From positions 107,657-171,656 of the forward strand of contig CALNYW010000007.1 of NCBI GenBank assembly GCA_942490985.1: a DNA stretch of 64,000 bases, written 5' to 3'. The position numbers were made by a program, and so were the translations under genes. The notes beneath the pieces are model-generated. The model did not search any database, was not told the DNA's origin, and saw nothing but the letters and a program-made list of their open reading frames with translations. The DNA is from an uncultured Gammaproteobacteria bacterium (GTDB taxonomy: Bacteria > Pseudomonadota > Gammaproteobacteria > Chromatiales > Chromatiaceae). Of the stretch, positions 9,840-20,571 are shown piece after piece; within the stretch, counting starts at the first letter, position 1, and every line of letters starts with the position of its first letter.

Positions 9840-11035
9840 ATTTTCAATCCTTCATGCGCAGCGACCGTGTGCATATCTTTGTCGCCACGGCCGGACAGAT
9901 TGATCAGTAGGGTCTGATCTTTCCTCATCTTCGGAGCCAGCTTGAACGCATAAGCGATCGCATGACTGGTCTCCAGCGCCGGCATAATACCCTCGGTTCG
10001 GGTCAAACGGTGGAATGCCGCCATCGCCTCATCGTCGGTCACCCCGATATAGGTCGCGCGGCCGGAGTCTTTCAGCCAGGCATGCTCAGGCCCGACGCCC
10101 GGGTAATCCAGCCCCGCTGAGACCGAATGCGTTTCGATGATCTGACCGTCGCGATCTTCCATCAGATAGGTTCGATTGCCGTGCAACACCCCCGGGGTCC
10201 CCGCGCACAGCGGCGCGGCGTGCCGCCCGGTATCAAGACCGTCGCCGGCCGCTTCCACGCCATAGATCGCCACATCCTTATCTTCGAGGAACGGATAGAA
10301 CAGCCCGATGGCGTTCGATCCACCACCGACGCAGGCAACCAACGCATCCGGCAGCCGACCGGTCATCTGCAGCATCTGCTCTCGCGACTCACGGCCGATC
10401 ACCGCCTGGAAGTCACGGACCATCGCCGGGTAAGGGTGCGGACCGGCAACGGTGCCGATGATGTAGAAGGTATTGTCGACGTTGGTCACCCAGTCGCGCA
10501 TCGCTTCGTTCAGCGCGTCCTTCAGTGTCCGAGAACCCGATTTGACCGATCTCACCTCGGCGCCAAGGAGACGCATCCGGAAGACATTCGCCTCCTGCCG
10601 CGCCACGTCGACCTCGCCCATATAGACAACGCACTCGAGACCGAGTCTCGCCGCTACGGTGGCGGATGCCACACCGTGCTGCCCTGCGCCTGTCTCGGCG
10701 ATGATGCGCGTCTTGCCCATCCGCTGGGCCAGCAGCGCCTGCCCGATCGTGTTGTTCACCTTGTGCGCGCCGGTATGGTTGAGGTCTTCGCGCTTCAGGT
10801 AGATCTGCGCGCCACCCAGCTCACGACTCAAGCGCACCGCATGGTAGATCGGCGACGGCCGGCCGACGTAGTGCTGCAGGTCATCGTCGAGCTCGGCGAG
10901 GAATGCCGGGTCCTGCATGTATTTCTCGTACGCCAAGCGCAGTTCATCGAGCGGCTCCATCAGCGTCTCGGCGACGAAAATGCCGCCGTAAGGCCCGAAA
11001 TGGCCATGTTCATCCGGTAAGTCGGAAAGTCGCAT
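9836..11035 (-). CDS. trpB: tryptophan synthase beta chain
   Basis: PLP-lysine motif [12 protein letters not shown] place the start at ATG 11035 ([18 protein letters not shown]), 1 nt after the trpF stop. The 29-codon upstream extension in the track overlaps trpF. Confidence 0.93.
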   Translation of the reverse strand: MRLSDLPDEHGHFGPYGGIFVAETLMEPLDELRLAYEKYMQDPAFLAELDDDLQHYVGRPSPIYHAVRLSRELGGAQIYLKREDLNHTGAHKVNNTIGQALLAQRMGKTRIIAETGAGQHGVASATVAARLGLECVVYMGEVDVARQEANVFRMRLLGAEVRSVKSGSRTLKDALNEAMRDWVTNVDNTFYIIGTVAGPHPYPAMVRDFQAVIGRESREQMLQMTGRLPDALVACVGGGSNAIGLFYPFLEDKDVAIYGVEAAGDGLDTGRHAAPLCAGTPGVLHGNRTYLMEDRDGQIIETHSVSAGLDYPGVGPEHAWLKDSGRATYIGVTDDEAMAAFHRLTRTEGIMPALETSHAIAYAFKLAPKMRKDQTLLINLSGRGDKDMHTVAAHEGLKI

Positions 11036-11036
11036 A

Positions 11037-11660
11037 TCAGTGTTCTGCACGTCGCACCTCGTCAATAAACGCTCTAATCTTGGCCGGGTCTTTGATGCCT
11101 TTTTCGGCCTCAACACCGCCACTTACGTCAACGGCGTAGGGACGCAAAGCCCGCACGGCCGACCCCACGTTGGCTGGATCAAGACCACCGGCAATGATCA
11201 CCCGTGGCGCCAGATCCTGCGGCACGCGCTGCCAGTCGAACGTATCGCCGGTTCCACCCGGGACCCCCGGACGATAGGCATCCAACAACAGACCGCGCGC
11301 AGCGGCGAATAATTCAGCCTCTTGTCGCAGATCGATATCCGGCCGCATCCGCAAAGCCCGTAACCAGGGGCGACCGTGCCGGGCACAAAATGCCGGCGTC
11401 TCGTCGCCGTGGAACTGCAACAGATCGACACCCACGTCGCGCACGACATCGGCGATCGCACCTTCCTCGGCATTCACGAACAACCCGACGGTTGTCACAA
11501 ACGGTGGCAGTTGCCGGACAATTTCCACCGCCTGGCCGATGTCGACATGTCGGGGGCTGGGTGGATAAAACACCAGGCCGATCGCATCGGCTCCCGCCTC
11601 GGCCGCAACCAAGGCGTCCGCCACGCGAGTGATTCCACAGACTTTTACCCGCGTCCGCAT
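11037..11660 (-). CDS. trpF: phosphoribosylanthranilate isomerase
   Basis: [12 protein letters not shown]-terminus from ATG 11660. The track start at 11681 is a TTG. About 207 aa. Confidence 0.85.
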   Translation of the reverse strand: MRTRVKVCGITRVADALVAAEAGADAIGLVFYPPSPRHVDIGQAVEIVRQLPPFVTTVGLFVNAEEGAIADVVRDVGVDLLQFHGDETPAFCARHGRPWLRALRMRPDIDLRQEAELFAAARGLLLDAYRPGVPGGTGDTFDWQRVPQDLAPRVIIAGGLDPANVGSAVRALRPYAVDVSGGVEAEKGIKDPAKIRAFIDEVRRAEH

Positions 11661-11719
11661 AAGCCGGTCATTATGCAGCAAACAGTCTGCATGAGCGGTG
11701 GACTCTGCGTCGGATTGAC

Positions 11720-12499
11720 TCAGACAAACGGCAGTGGGACCGGCGGCGGGATTGCATATCGTTCAGGATACTCCACCTGCTCGAAATACAGCCCGTCTGG
11801 CGGCGCGGTAACACCACCCTGGGTGCGATCCCGCGTGGCCAATATCTCAGCAGCCCAGCCAGCAGACCGCTCACCGCGACCTATCGCCACCAGTACTCCG
11901 GCGATATTGCGAATCATGTGATGCAGGAATGCGTTCGCATGGACCTGCAGGATGATGCGCTCACCGCTGCGCTCGACGTTGAGCTGATGCACGGTGCGAA
12001 CGGGGCTCTTGGCCTGACAGCCGATCGCCCGGTAGCTGGAAAAATCATGAGTGCCAAGCAATGCGCGGGCGGCCAACTGCATCGGTGCGACATCGAGCGG
12101 TTTATGGATCCAGGTCGCGCGCCCGGCCAACAGGCTGCTGCGGGTCGGGCGATTCAGAATCAGATAACGATAAGTCCTTGAGATTGCCGAAAATCGGGCA
12201 TGAAACGTTTCGTCCATCTGCTTCGCCCACGTCACCGCCACATCGGCAGGAAGATTGACATTGGCACCGAGTACCCAGTTGCGGGTCGTGCGTTCAACCT
12301 CCACATCGAAGTGGACGACCTGACCGGTTGCGTGCACCCCGGTATCCGTCCGCCCGGCGCAAACGACCTGCACCGGCTGCGCGGCCACCTGACTCAGCGC
12401 GGCTTCAAGCACCGCCTGTACCGTTCGCACGCCGTGGCGCTGGCGCTGCCATCCCTTGTAGGCCCGACCGTCATACTCTACGCCGAGAGCAATGCGCAT
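11720..12499 (-). CDS. truA: tRNA pseudouridine(38-40) synthase
   Basis: [20 protein letters not shown] from ATG 12499; catalytic-Asp motif GRTDTGVHA. Confidence 0.9.
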   Translation of the reverse strand: MRIALGVEYDGRAYKGWQRQRHGVRTVQAVLEAALSQVAAQPVQVVCAGRTDTGVHATGQVVHFDVEVERTTRNWVLGANVNLPADVAVTWAKQMDETFHARFSAISRTYRYLILNRPTRSSLLAGRATWIHKPLDVAPMQLAARALLGTHDFSSYRAIGCQAKSPVRTVHQLNVERSGERIILQVHANAFLHHMIRNIAGVLVAIGRGERSAGWAAEILATRDRTQGGVTAPPDGLYFEQVEYPERYAIPPPVPLPFV

Positions 12500-12510
12500 C
12501 AACTCAAGCG

Positions 12511-12541
12511 CCAAAACGACTGGGGCGCCTGACGGCGCCCC
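12511..12541 (-). terminator. hairpin terminator after fimV
   Basis: Perfect 8-bp stem ggggcgcc (12522-12529) / ggcgcccc (12534-12541) with loop tgac. On the minus strand it is followed by gtcgttttgg. It lies between the fimV stop (12566) and the truA start (12499). Confidence 0.5.
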
Positions 12542-12565
12542 TTGGCGTTATTTTCGGACCCTTGT

Positions 12566-15500
12566 TTAACCGATTTCGGCAAGGAGCTGGTTTGCCTCAT
12601 CCTTTTGTCCGGCGGTGCCTTCCGACACAACCTCCTCGAGTATGCTGCGCGCGCCTTCTTCATCCCCCATTTCGACGTAGGCACGCGCCAGATCCAGCTT
12701 GGTCGACACGTCTTCATCGTCCGATGCATCTTCAGCGGTATCGAGGTTCAAAGGCTCCGCGGCAGGCGTATCGTCCGCAGACTCAAAAGCCGCGTCGAGA
12801 TCGATCGGCTGATCGAGCCCTTCGTCGGTTGTCGTGACGTCTTCGTCGACGAGACCGAGATTTGCAGGCGGTTCAGCCGCAGAAGCCGGCTGGTCATCGT
12901 CATCCGCCGAGGTATCCAATACCGACAGATCACTGAGCTGGTCCAATTCGGCCTGCAGCTCATCGGCGCTGAAATCCGAATCCAGATCCAAGGTCGTGTC
13001 TTCGGCATCAATCGCTTTCTCAGCCTCAGCCATCATGCTGTCGAGATCGAAGGAATCCGACACCGTGTCACTGTCGACAGTGGCGTCGTCGTCACCCAAA
13101 GGCGGCGTATCGAGTTCCTCCAGGCTCAGCGATTCAACATCATCCAGCGACAAGGATTCGGGGATATCCGGTATCTCCAGATCGGAGCCGACTGACTCCA
13201 GCTCCTCCGTCGTCTCATCGAGATCAAGCGTGATCGAGACTTCTGACGGCGCGTCCAACGGCTCTTCGTCCGGCTTCTGCACGTCGTATTCATCGTCCAA
13301 ATCTGAGAGATCGAGATCGCCCAGCGACAGCGTGTCGCTATCTACCGTGCTGGCTGCCGCGACTGCACCGGCTACCGCAGCACCAGCGGCGACGTTGCTA
13401 CCAGCACCACCACGTGCACGCTCCTCCTCCGAGGCGAACAACGGGTTAGCCGGCTGGAGCTCACGCCCCATGTCCTGTGCCCGCGCCCAGGCTGCTTCGT
13501 CAGCGACATCCTGGCCGGCATCGACCATAGCTTGCGCGAGCGCGGCAAACGCATCGGCATCACGGGTGGCGTAGTGGACTTCGAGCAACTTGTGTTTCAG
13601 CGACAACCGATCGGGATCGCGTTCGAGCGCCTGATTGAGCAATTCCTGAGCCTGCTGATAGCGTCCGTAGGCGATGTAGACATCTGCCTCTGACACCGGA
13701 TCGACCTCGCCGGTCTCATCCTGCAGGCTATTGATATCGTTGGGTGAGAATTCGTCGAGGAACGCACTGTCCGGCAGGTCATCCAGGGTATCTGCGGCGA
13801 CGGCCGGCTCATCCACGCCGGGCCGCTCATCGCTTGGCGCGACCGGTGTAGCGACCGGCTTTTCTGCTGATTCCTGCTTACGGCGACGCGTTGCCAGCCA
13901 GCCGATTAACCCAAGCAATGCCACACCGCCACCGGCGATCGGCACAATGTTGTTCTCGACCAAGCTGGCCAGTGCCGGGGGCAGCACCCCTGGCTTCTCC
14001 GCTGCTTCATCAGCTGCCGGCGGTGCGCTCTCGCTGGTCTCGCTTTCGACAACGACGGGCGCTGGCTCAGAAGCAGCGACGTCGTCGGCCGGTGCCGGCG
14101 GTTCAACCGGCGCGGCCTCGGTGACCTCGGCAGGCACTTCAGCGGCACCGTCCGGTTCAATCACGATCTCGTCGACCGCCTCTGCGGCAACCGGCGGTTC
14201 GCTGTCGGCGGCGACCGCATCGTCAGCGGCAGCGTTGGGATCCAAACGCCCCTCGACAATCGCGTCGACGTCGACCAGCGGCGTCACTTCGAACTCCTCC
14301 ACCTCCTCCACGGGAGCGATCGCGGGCGCGCGGCCCTCAACGATCGCATCGACATCGACTAACGGTGTGACGTCGGGCAGCGTATAGCCTGGCGGGGGAA
14401 CGTCTGAACTTGTTGCGGCTGCAGTTGATTCATCGGCCATCACGTCACTGACCGCCGACTCCAGGTCGGCCAGCACTTCATCCAACGCCTCGCTGGCCGT
14501 CTCAGCCGGTGCCTCGAGCGTTTGCGGGACCTGTTCCTCGGCGACCTCGGCGGCAGCCTCCGCGGCCGGTTCAGCTGTCACGGCCTCGGTGTCTGCGGCC
14601 TCGTCAACCGCTTCGGTGGCCTGATCGCTCACCTCTCCCGGTGGGACCTCTGTCTCACCCGTTATCACCTGATCCTGGAGACGGGCCAATTGCTCGTCCT
14701 TGAGACTCAGCAGCTTTTGCATGTCGGCCAGACGGGCCTGTAAATCATCGACCTCCGAACGCAGGGTCTCGGCTTCCTGGCGAGATGTCTCTGCATTTTC
14801 GCGCGCAACGATCAGCCGAGACTGCAAGTCCGGCGCAGTCGTTTGGGTCGCATCGTCCTCGCCGGCACCGGCTTCGCCTTCACCTTCCGGCCTTGACGTC
14901 GCAATGCGCAGCTGGTCATCCGCCTCGACCGCTGCCTCACCGGCCGGTTCATCCGGCTCGGCGACGGCGGCCTGCATGCGCGCATCGCGCCTTGCCAGCC
15001 ACTCATCCTGCTGTTCACGATAGGCCTGTCGGGCCTGTTGCCGGCTGGTTTGTTGGATTTCATCAAGCGCCGGCACGCGCAGGATTCGCCCGCGCCGCAG
15101 CAGGTTGATGTTGCCGTTGACGAACGCGTCCGGGTTGGCTCTCAGCAGGGCCATCATCATCTGTTCCATGCTGACGCCGCCGGGGCGCACCTTTTTGGCG
15201 ATGCTCCAGGCGGTCTCATTTGCCTGTACCGGGCCATATTCTGTCGCCGACATCGCAACCACCGGCCGTTGTGGCGCCGTTGTCGGTGCGACTGTCGCCG
15301 GTCTCTGCACGGCGGGTGCCGCTGGTCGCGGTGCGGGTTTAGGCTGCACCGTCGCCGCGGCCGGTTGCGGCGGTCGACGCATGGTCGTTGTCGGCGGGTC
15401 AAGCAATACGGTGTATTCGCGCAACAAGCGGCCGTTCGGCCAATTGACTTCGACCAGGAAGTTGATGAACGGCTCGCGAATCGGGAATTCAGACGACACC

Positions 15501-15781
15501 CGGATTACCGGCGAGCCACTGTTGGTCAGCGTCGGCTCAAACCTCAGCAACGAGAGGTAAAACGGCCGTGCGACGCCGGCGCGACTGAACGCCTCGGCGT
15601 CGGCCAATTTCACACGGATCCCGTCGAGTTCTTCGGGCGACACCGACAGCAAGGTTATGTCGCCGCTGAAATTCTGATTCAGCTGCGACTTTGAACTCAA
15701 CTCACCCAATCCCAACGCATGCGCTGGGACGTTCAGGGTCCCCAATGCGATCGACACCGCCAAAGCCAACTTGCGGACCAT
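12566..15781 (-). CDS. fimV: FimV/HubP-family peptidoglycan-binding (LysM) type IV pilus assembly protein
   Basis: 1071 aa. Signal peptide. LysM segment YGPVQANETAWSIAKKVRPGG...RGRILRVP. Very long acidic Asp/Glu/Ala/Pro-rich low-complexity middle with a single TM (IVPIAGGGVALLGLIGWLA). TPR-like FimV C-terminal text LDLARAYVEMGDEEGARSILEEVV. Conserved position between truA and asd. Confidence 0.85.
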   Translation of the reverse strand: MVRKLALAVSIALGTLNVPAHALGLGELSSKSQLNQNFSGDITLLSVSPEELDGIRVKLADAEAFSRAGVARPFYLSLLRFEPTLTNSGSPVIRVSSEFPIREPFINFLVEVNWPNGRLLREYTVLLDPPTTTMRRPPQPAAATVQPKPAPRPAAPAVQRPATVAPTTAPQRPVVAMSATEYGPVQANETAWSIAKKVRPGGVSMEQMMMALLRANPDAFVNGNINLLRRGRILRVPALDEIQQTSRQQARQAYREQQDEWLARRDARMQAAVAEPDEPAGEAAVEADDQLRIATSRPEGEGEAGAGEDDATQTTAPDLQSRLIVARENAETSRQEAETLRSEVDDLQARLADMQKLLSLKDEQLARLQDQVITGETEVPPGEVSDQATEAVDEAADTEAVTAEPAAEAAAEVAEEQVPQTLEAPAETASEALDEVLADLESAVSDVMADESTAAATSSDVPPPGYTLPDVTPLVDVDAIVEGRAPAIAPVEEVEEFEVTPLVDVDAIVEGRLDPNAAADDAVAADSEPPVAAEAVDEIVIEPDGAAEVPAEVTEAAPVEPPAPADDVAASEPAPVVVESETSESAPPAADEAAEKPGVLPPALASLVENNIVPIAGGGVALLGLIGWLATRRRKQESAEKPVATPVAPSDERPGVDEPAVAADTLDDLPDSAFLDEFSPNDINSLQDETGEVDPVSEADVYIAYGRYQQAQELLNQALERDPDRLSLKHKLLEVHYATRDADAFAALAQAMVDAGQDVADEAAWARAQDMGRELQPANPLFASEEERARGGAGSNVAAGAAVAGAVAAASTVDSDTLSLGDLDLSDLDDEYDVQKPDEEPLDAPSEVSITLDLDETTEELESVGSDLEIPDIPESLSLDDVESLSLEELDTPPLGDDDATVDSDTVSDSFDLDSMMAEAEKAIDAEDTTLDLDSDFSADELQAELDQLSDLSVLDTSADDDDQPASAAEPPANLGLVDEDVTTTDEGLDQPIDLDAAFESADDTPAAEPLNLDTAEDASDDEDVSTKLDLARAYVEMGDEEGARSILEEVVSEGTAGQKDEANQLLAEIG
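14250..14372 (-). repeat. imperfect direct coding repeat inside fimV (VTPLVDVDAIVEGR x2)
   Basis: cctcgacaatcgcgtcgacgtcgaccagcggcgtcac (from 14250) and cctcaacgatcgcatcgacatcgactaacggtgtgac (from ~14333). Protein text: DVTPLVDVDAIVEGRAP...EVTPLVDVDAIVEGRLD. Confidence 0.55.
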
Positions 15782-15989
15782 GAATCCTCCCTCAGGTGCT
15801 TTCCTGCACCGATTTCCCGGATAAACGCCGCGGAGCAGCGCCTCCCATATCTTGAATCGGCGAATTTATTTCGGCCTAACTATAGCCGACACATGGTTTT
15901 GTACCAACGCTAGTAGCGGCAGGAGTTGCGACGACTGAAATGCTGTGTGCGCTATTTTTGTGCCAAACACGACCAAGCTGTGAGCGTGT

Positions 15990-17106
15990 TCACTGCTCGA
16001 TCAAGATGATGAGCATTCGCCGCAATGGTTCGGCCGCCCCCCACAGCAGTTGGTCGCCGACCGTGAAGGCGTTCAGGTAGTCATCACCGAGGTTCATTTT
16101 CCTCAGCCGTCCCACGGGTACCGTCAGGGTTCCGGTGACCTTTGCGGGCGTCAGTTCTCGAACGGTTGCCTCGCGCTCGTTCGGGACCACTCTCGACCAC
16201 GGGTTCGCCTCGTCGATAATCTGCTCGATCTCGTCGATCGGCACGTTTTTCTTCAACTTGATGGTCAGTCCCTGGCTGTGACAGCGCATCGCGCCAATAC
16301 GGACGCAGGTGCCATCGATCGGCACCGGAGAGGCCTCCCGACCCAGTATCTTGTTGGTCTCGGAGACCGCTTTCCATTCCTCCTTGCTTTGACCGTTGTC
16401 GAGCGGCACATCAATCCAAGGGATCAGGCTGCCGGCCAGCGGCACGCCAAAATTGGTTGTTGGGAACGCGTCGTCACGCAACGCTGCGGTGACCTGCCGA
16501 TCGACAGCGAGAATGGCCGACGCGGGATCGGCCAATAAATCCGCAACACTGTCGCGCAAGGTCCCCATCTGCGCGAGCAGTTCGCGCATATTCTTGGCGC
16601 CCGCGCCGGACGCGGCCTGGTAGGTCATCGAGGTCGCCCACTCAACCAGATCCGCGTTGAACAGGCCGCCAAGTCCCATCAGCATCAGGCTGACGGTGCA
16701 ATTGCCACCGATAAAGTCGCGGCGGCCTTTCGCCAGCGCCTGCTCGATGACCGGCAGATTGACCGGATCAAGCGCAATGACGGCGTCAGGCTGCATGCGC
16801 AAGGCCGATGCCGCATCCACCCAGTAGCCCTGCCAACCCGACTTCCGGAGGTCCGCGAACACCTGCTTGGTGTAGTCGCCGCCCTGGCAGGTGACGATCG
16901 CATCCATTGCCTTCAGCGCGTCGATATCTTTGGCATCCTGCAGCGTCGGGACGTCACGGCCGATATCCGGTCCCGGGTTGCCCGACCTGCGACGTGGTGA
17001 AGAACACCGGCTCATCGATCCGCGCGAAATCATTCTCCGCGCGCATGCGCTCCATCAGCACCGAACCGACCATCCCGCGCCAGCCTACAAAACCCACTCT
17101 CTTCAT
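15990..17106 (-). pseudogene. asd: aspartate-semialdehyde dehydrogenase, split by a single-base frame change as read
   Basis: N-terminal piece from ATG 17106 (GGAAGG..AGG RBS): [45 protein letters not shown]. It then runs out of frame to a stop at 16954. The rest ([33 protein letters not shown]...[10 protein letters not shown]) is in the 15990-17033 ORF. The junction lies in the run ccggtcccggg (16966-16978). Confidence 0.85.
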
Positions 17107-17143
17107 CGACCTACCTTCCGAAAAAATCCGACGAGCTGTTGAT

Positions 17144-18220
17144 TTACAGCGCGGCCACCACCGCGTCACCCATGGCCTCGCAACTCACTTCGGTCATGCC
17201 GTCTGACATGATGTCAGGCGTTCGCAGACCCTGATCCAAAACGGTGTTGACGGCCGTTTCAATGCGTTGCGCCAGCAGCGGCTCGTTGAGGCTGTAGCGC
17301 AGCATCATTGCCACCGACAAGATGGTTGCGAGCGGATTCGCGATGCCCTGGCCGGCAATATCCGGTGCCGAACCGTGGATCGGTTCGTACATACCCTGAC
17401 CTTTCTCGTTCAGCGATGCCGAAGGCAACATGCCGATCGAGCCCGTCAGCATTGCCGCCGCATCAGACAAAATGTCACCGAACATATTGGTCGTGACCAT
17501 CACGTCGAACTGCTTGGGCCACTTGACCAGTTGCATCGCCGCGTTATCGACGTACATGTGCGACAGTTCGATCTCGGGGTACTCATTTTCGACCACGCGA
17601 ATCGCCACCTCGCGCCAAAGCTCCGTGCACTCCAGCACGTTCGCTTTATCCACCGAGCAAACCCGTTTGTCGCGCTTCATCGCGATCTCGCAGGCCGAGC
17701 GAACGATTCGCTCAATCTCATGCTCGGCGTAGACCAGCGTATTGAATCCCTGGCGCTGTCCGTCATCGAGTTCACGAATCCCGCGTGGCTGCCCGAAGTA
17801 GATGCCGCCGGTCAATTCGCGGACGATCATGATGTCGAGCCCGGCGACGATCTCGGGCCGCAGGCTCGAGGCGCCGGCCAGCTGCGGGTAGAGGATCGCC
17901 GGGCGCAAGTTGGAAAAAAGCCCCAACCCGGCGCGCATCCCGAGCAGGCCCTTTTCCGGCCGCACGGCGATATCCAATGGCTCCCACTTCGGCCCACCGA
18001 CGGCACCGAGCAGCACCGCGTCCGCTTCTTTCGCCATATCCAGCGTCGCGGCCGGTAGCGGTTCGCCGACGGCATCGTAGGCCGCGCCGCCGATGAGTCC
18101 CTCGTCCAGTTCGATGTCGAGTCCCTCGCCGGCCAGCTTGTCCAATACCTTGACGGCCTCGGCAACAATCTCCGGACCAATCCCGTCACCCGGCAAAATC
18201 AGTACACGCTTACTCAACAC
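17144..18220 (-). CDS. leuB: 3-isopropylmalate dehydrogenase
   Basis: 358 aa, [12 protein letters not shown] and NMFGDILSD motifs. Confidence 0.95.
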   Translation of the reverse strand: MLSKRVLILPGDGIGPEIVAEAVKVLDKLAGEGLDIELDEGLIGGAAYDAVGEPLPAATLDMAKEADAVLLGAVGGPKWEPLDIAVRPEKGLLGMRAGLGLFSNLRPAILYPQLAGASSLRPEIVAGLDIMIVRELTGGIYFGQPRGIRELDDGQRQGFNTLVYAEHEIERIVRSACEIAMKRDKRVCSVDKANVLECTELWREVAIRVVENEYPEIELSHMYVDNAAMQLVKWPKQFDVMVTTNMFGDILSDAAAMLTGSIGMLPSASLNEKGQGMYEPIHGSAPDIAGQGIANPLATILSVAMMLRYSLNEPLLAQRIETAVNTVLDQGLRTPDIMSDGMTEVSCEAMGDAVVAAL

Positions 18221-18256
18221 TCAGGCTCCTACAGATAAATTAGGCATCGTTGCCGT

Positions 18257-18892
18257 TCAGAACAACCACGGTGCCTGCTCGCGCCGACGTGCCTCGTAGG
18301 CCCTGATCTCGTCGACATGCTGCAAGGTCAGACCGATGTCATCCAGGCCCTGCAACAGGCAGTGCTTGCGGAACGCGTCGACCTCAAACGCTACCGGTGC
18401 CTCGTCGGCCCATTGCACCTGCTGGTTTTCGAGATCGACCGTCAACGGCAACGCGCTGGCCTGTTGGGCAGCGGCGAACAGTCGATCGATCTGCTCGACC
18501 GGCAATACGATTGGCAGCAACCCGTTCTTGAAGCTGTTATTGAAGAAGATGTCCGCATAGCTCGGCGCGATGATGACCCTGAAGCCGTAGTCGGTCAGCG
18601 CCCACGGGGCGTGTTCACGCGACGAACCGCAGCCAAAATTATCCCGGGCCAACAGGATGCTCGCACCCTGGTAACGCGGGTCGTTCAAGACGAAGTCCGG
18701 ATTCAGGGGGCGTTGGCTGTTGTCGATGCCCGGTTCGCCATGGTCGAGATAGCGCCACTCATCGAAGAGATTCGGGCCGAACCCGGTCCGATGGATCGAC
18801 TTCAAGAACTGCTTCGGGATGATCGCATCGGTGTCGACATTGGAGCGATCCAATGGGCACACGATGCCGGTAAACGTCGTAAATTTATCCAT
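18257..18892 (-). CDS. leuD: 3-isopropylmalate dehydratase small subunit
   Basis: 211 aa with GCGSSREHA motif; adjacent to leuC/leuB. Confidence 0.95.
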   Translation of the reverse strand: MDKFTTFTGIVCPLDRSNVDTDAIIPKQFLKSIHRTGFGPNLFDEWRYLDHGEPGIDNSQRPLNPDFVLNDPRYQGASILLARDNFGCGSSREHAPWALTDYGFRVIIAPSYADIFFNNSFKNGLLPIVLPVEQIDRLFAAAQQASALPLTVDLENQQVQWADEAPVAFEVDAFRKHCLLQGLDDIGLTLQHVDEIRAYEARRREQAPWLF

Positions 18893-18910
18893 GTCGGTGG
18901 CTCGCGGCGA

Positions 18911-19039
18911 TCAACGCACCGCATCCTCGAGCGCTTCGCCGGCATTGGTGATGTCACGGCCGGCCCCTTTGATGGTCTCACAGCCGGTCATCACAACTAA
19001 CGCCCCCAAGAGTAGTAAACCTGTCATCAGCTTGCGCAT
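18911..19039 (-). CDS. entericidin A/B-family small lipoprotein (42 aa)
   Basis: Too short for the ORF track. GGAG sits 8 nt upstream of ATG 19039. Translation: MRKLMTGLLLLGALVVMTGCETIKGAGRDITNAGEALEDAVR*, stop at 18911-18913. It has a lipobox (VMTGC) followed by the G.G.DI...G tail typical of entericidins. Confidence 0.6.
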   Translation of the reverse strand: MRKLMTGLLLLGALVVMTGCETIKGAGRDITNAGEALEDAVR

Positions 19040-19061
19040 GTTCGGTCTCCCGCGTCAGCAA

Positions 19062-20465
19062 TTAAAAGTCTCGGACATCGACAAAATGCCCCGCCACGGC
19101 GGCAGCGGCGGCCATCGCCGGGCTGACCAGGTGGGTCCGCCCGCCCTTGCCCTGGCGACCCTCAAAGTTACGGTTCGAGGTCGATGCACAACGCTCGCCC
19201 GGTTCAAGTCGGTCGGCATTCATCGCCAGACACATCGAGCATCCCGGCTCTCGCCATTCAAAACCGGCCGCGATGAAAATCTTGTCGAGGCCTTCTTGTT
19301 CCGCCTGGGCTTTTACCAGACCCGAGCCGGGCACGACGAGGGCCTGCTTCACGCTTTCGGCAACGCGGCGGCCTTGCGCAATCTGCGCCGCGGCGCGCAA
19401 ATCCTCGATGCGTGAGTTCGTACAGGAACCGATAAAGACCTTATCGACCGTGATCTCGGCAATCGGCGTCCCCGCGGCGAGACCCATATAGTCGAGCGCG
19501 CGGCGCATCCCCTCGGCCTTGACGGCATCGTCAATGGCTGCCGGGTCCGGCACCGCGGCATCGACCGGCACGACCATCTCCGGTGAGGTTCCCCAGGTGA
19601 CCTGCGGCACGATATCGGCCGCCGGGATCACGACAACGTTGTCGAATTCAGCGCCTTCGTCACTGTGCAAGGTCTGCCAGTAGGCCACGGCCTGGTCCCA
19701 GTGTTCGGCTTTCGGCGCAAACGGGCGATCCTTGACGTAGCCGATGGTCTTTTCATCGACCGCGACAAACCCGGCTCGCGCACCGGCCTCGATCGCCATG
19801 TTGCAGACCGTCATCCGGCCTTCGATTGACAGGTCACGGATGGCCTGGCCAGCGAATTCAATCGCATAACCGGTTCCACCGGCGGTGCCAATATGGCCGA
19901 TGATCGCCAGCACGATGTCTTTCGCGGTGACCCCGGGGCCGGTAGACCCGTCAACGACCACCAGCATCGATTTGGACTTTTTCTGCAGCAGGCACTGGGT
20001 CGCCAGCACATGCTCGACCTCGGAGGTGCCAATGCCATGCGCGAGCGCGCCAAAAGCGCCATGGGTCGAGGTGTGCGAATCGCCGCAGACGACCGTCATG
20101 CCGGGCAAGGTCGCCCCCTGCTCGGGCCCCATCACATGCACGATGCCCTGGCGTGGATCATTCATGCCGAACTCGGTGATCGAAAATTCAACGCAGTTTC
20201 GATCCAAGGTCTCGACCTGCAGTCGAGACACCGGGTCCGCAATCCCGGCACCCCGGTCAGTGGTTGGCACGTTGTGGTCCGCGGTCGCGAGATTCGCGTC
20301 GGCCCGCCAAACCCGGCGACCCGTGAGCCTTAGCCCCTCAAACGCCTGTGGCGACGTGACCTCGTGAACCAGGTGACGGTCGATATAGAGCAGCGCGGTA
20401 CCGTCGCCCTCCTCCCGGACCACGTGGGCGTCCCACAACTTGTCGTAGAGCGTTCTCGTTTTCAT
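19062..20465 (-). CDS. leuC: 3-isopropylmalate dehydratase large subunit
   Basis: 467 aa; aconitase-family cluster-ligand contexts VCGDSHT and [12 protein letters not shown]. Confidence 0.95.
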   Translation of the reverse strand: MKTRTLYDKLWDAHVVREEGDGTALLYIDRHLVHEVTSPQAFEGLRLTGRRVWRADANLATADHNVPTTDRGAGIADPVSRLQVETLDRNCVEFSITEFGMNDPRQGIVHVMGPEQGATLPGMTVVCGDSHTSTHGAFGALAHGIGTSEVEHVLATQCLLQKKSKSMLVVVDGSTGPGVTAKDIVLAIIGHIGTAGGTGYAIEFAGQAIRDLSIEGRMTVCNMAIEAGARAGFVAVDEKTIGYVKDRPFAPKAEHWDQAVAYWQTLHSDEGAEFDNVVVIPAADIVPQVTWGTSPEMVVPVDAAVPDPAAIDDAVKAEGMRRALDYMGLAAGTPIAEITVDKVFIGSCTNSRIEDLRAAAQIAQGRRVAESVKQALVVPGSGLVKAQAEQEGLDKIFIAAGFEWREPGCSMCLAMNADRLEPGERCASTSNRNFEGRQGKGGRTHLVSPAMAAAAAVAGHFVDVRDF

Positions 20466-20554
20466 GGATTTCGCACCCGCACCCCAGATTTGCAGACGTC
20501 AGCAAACATAGCGCCTACAATGAATAACGTAAATTCATGTTTTTAATATATTGC

Positions 20555-20569
20555 ATTCTTAAAAAGAAT
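20555..20569. promoter_or_regulatory. perfect palindrome ATTCTT-AAA-AAGAAT in the leuC/LysR divergent region (T-N11-A style LTTR box candidate)
   Basis: attcttaaaaagaat at 20555-20569, ending 2 nt before the regulator ATG at 20572. The AT-rich 106-nt intergenic region is shared with leuC. Confidence 0.25.
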
Positions 20570-20571
20570 AG

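Noticed and set aside
10127-11020. 297-aa plus ORF antisense to trpB. Similar cases: 17267-18058 (leuB), 23811-24593 (RND), 12834-13574 (fimV), 48988-49785 (M23), 54882-55694 (SLT)
   Set aside because: All lie opposite genes with strong family signatures and have Arg/His/Pro-rich, motif-free translations.
12566-15781. Repetitive acidic DNA of fimV, and the 15-nt repeats at 2541-2668, as possible CRISPR or non-coding tandem arrays
   Set aside because: Both lie inside long ORFs with coherent protein text. The repeats are short, imperfect and in-frame, with no spacer/repeat architecture.
16966-16978. Programmed ribosomal frameshifting in asd (the run cccggga superficially resembles an X XXY YYZ heptamer)
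   Set aside because: The zero-frame codons are ccc-ggg, not in X XXY YYZ register. The shift needed is +1 rather than -1, and there is no stop or rare codon or downstream structure of the prfB type. A one-base indel is the simpler reading.
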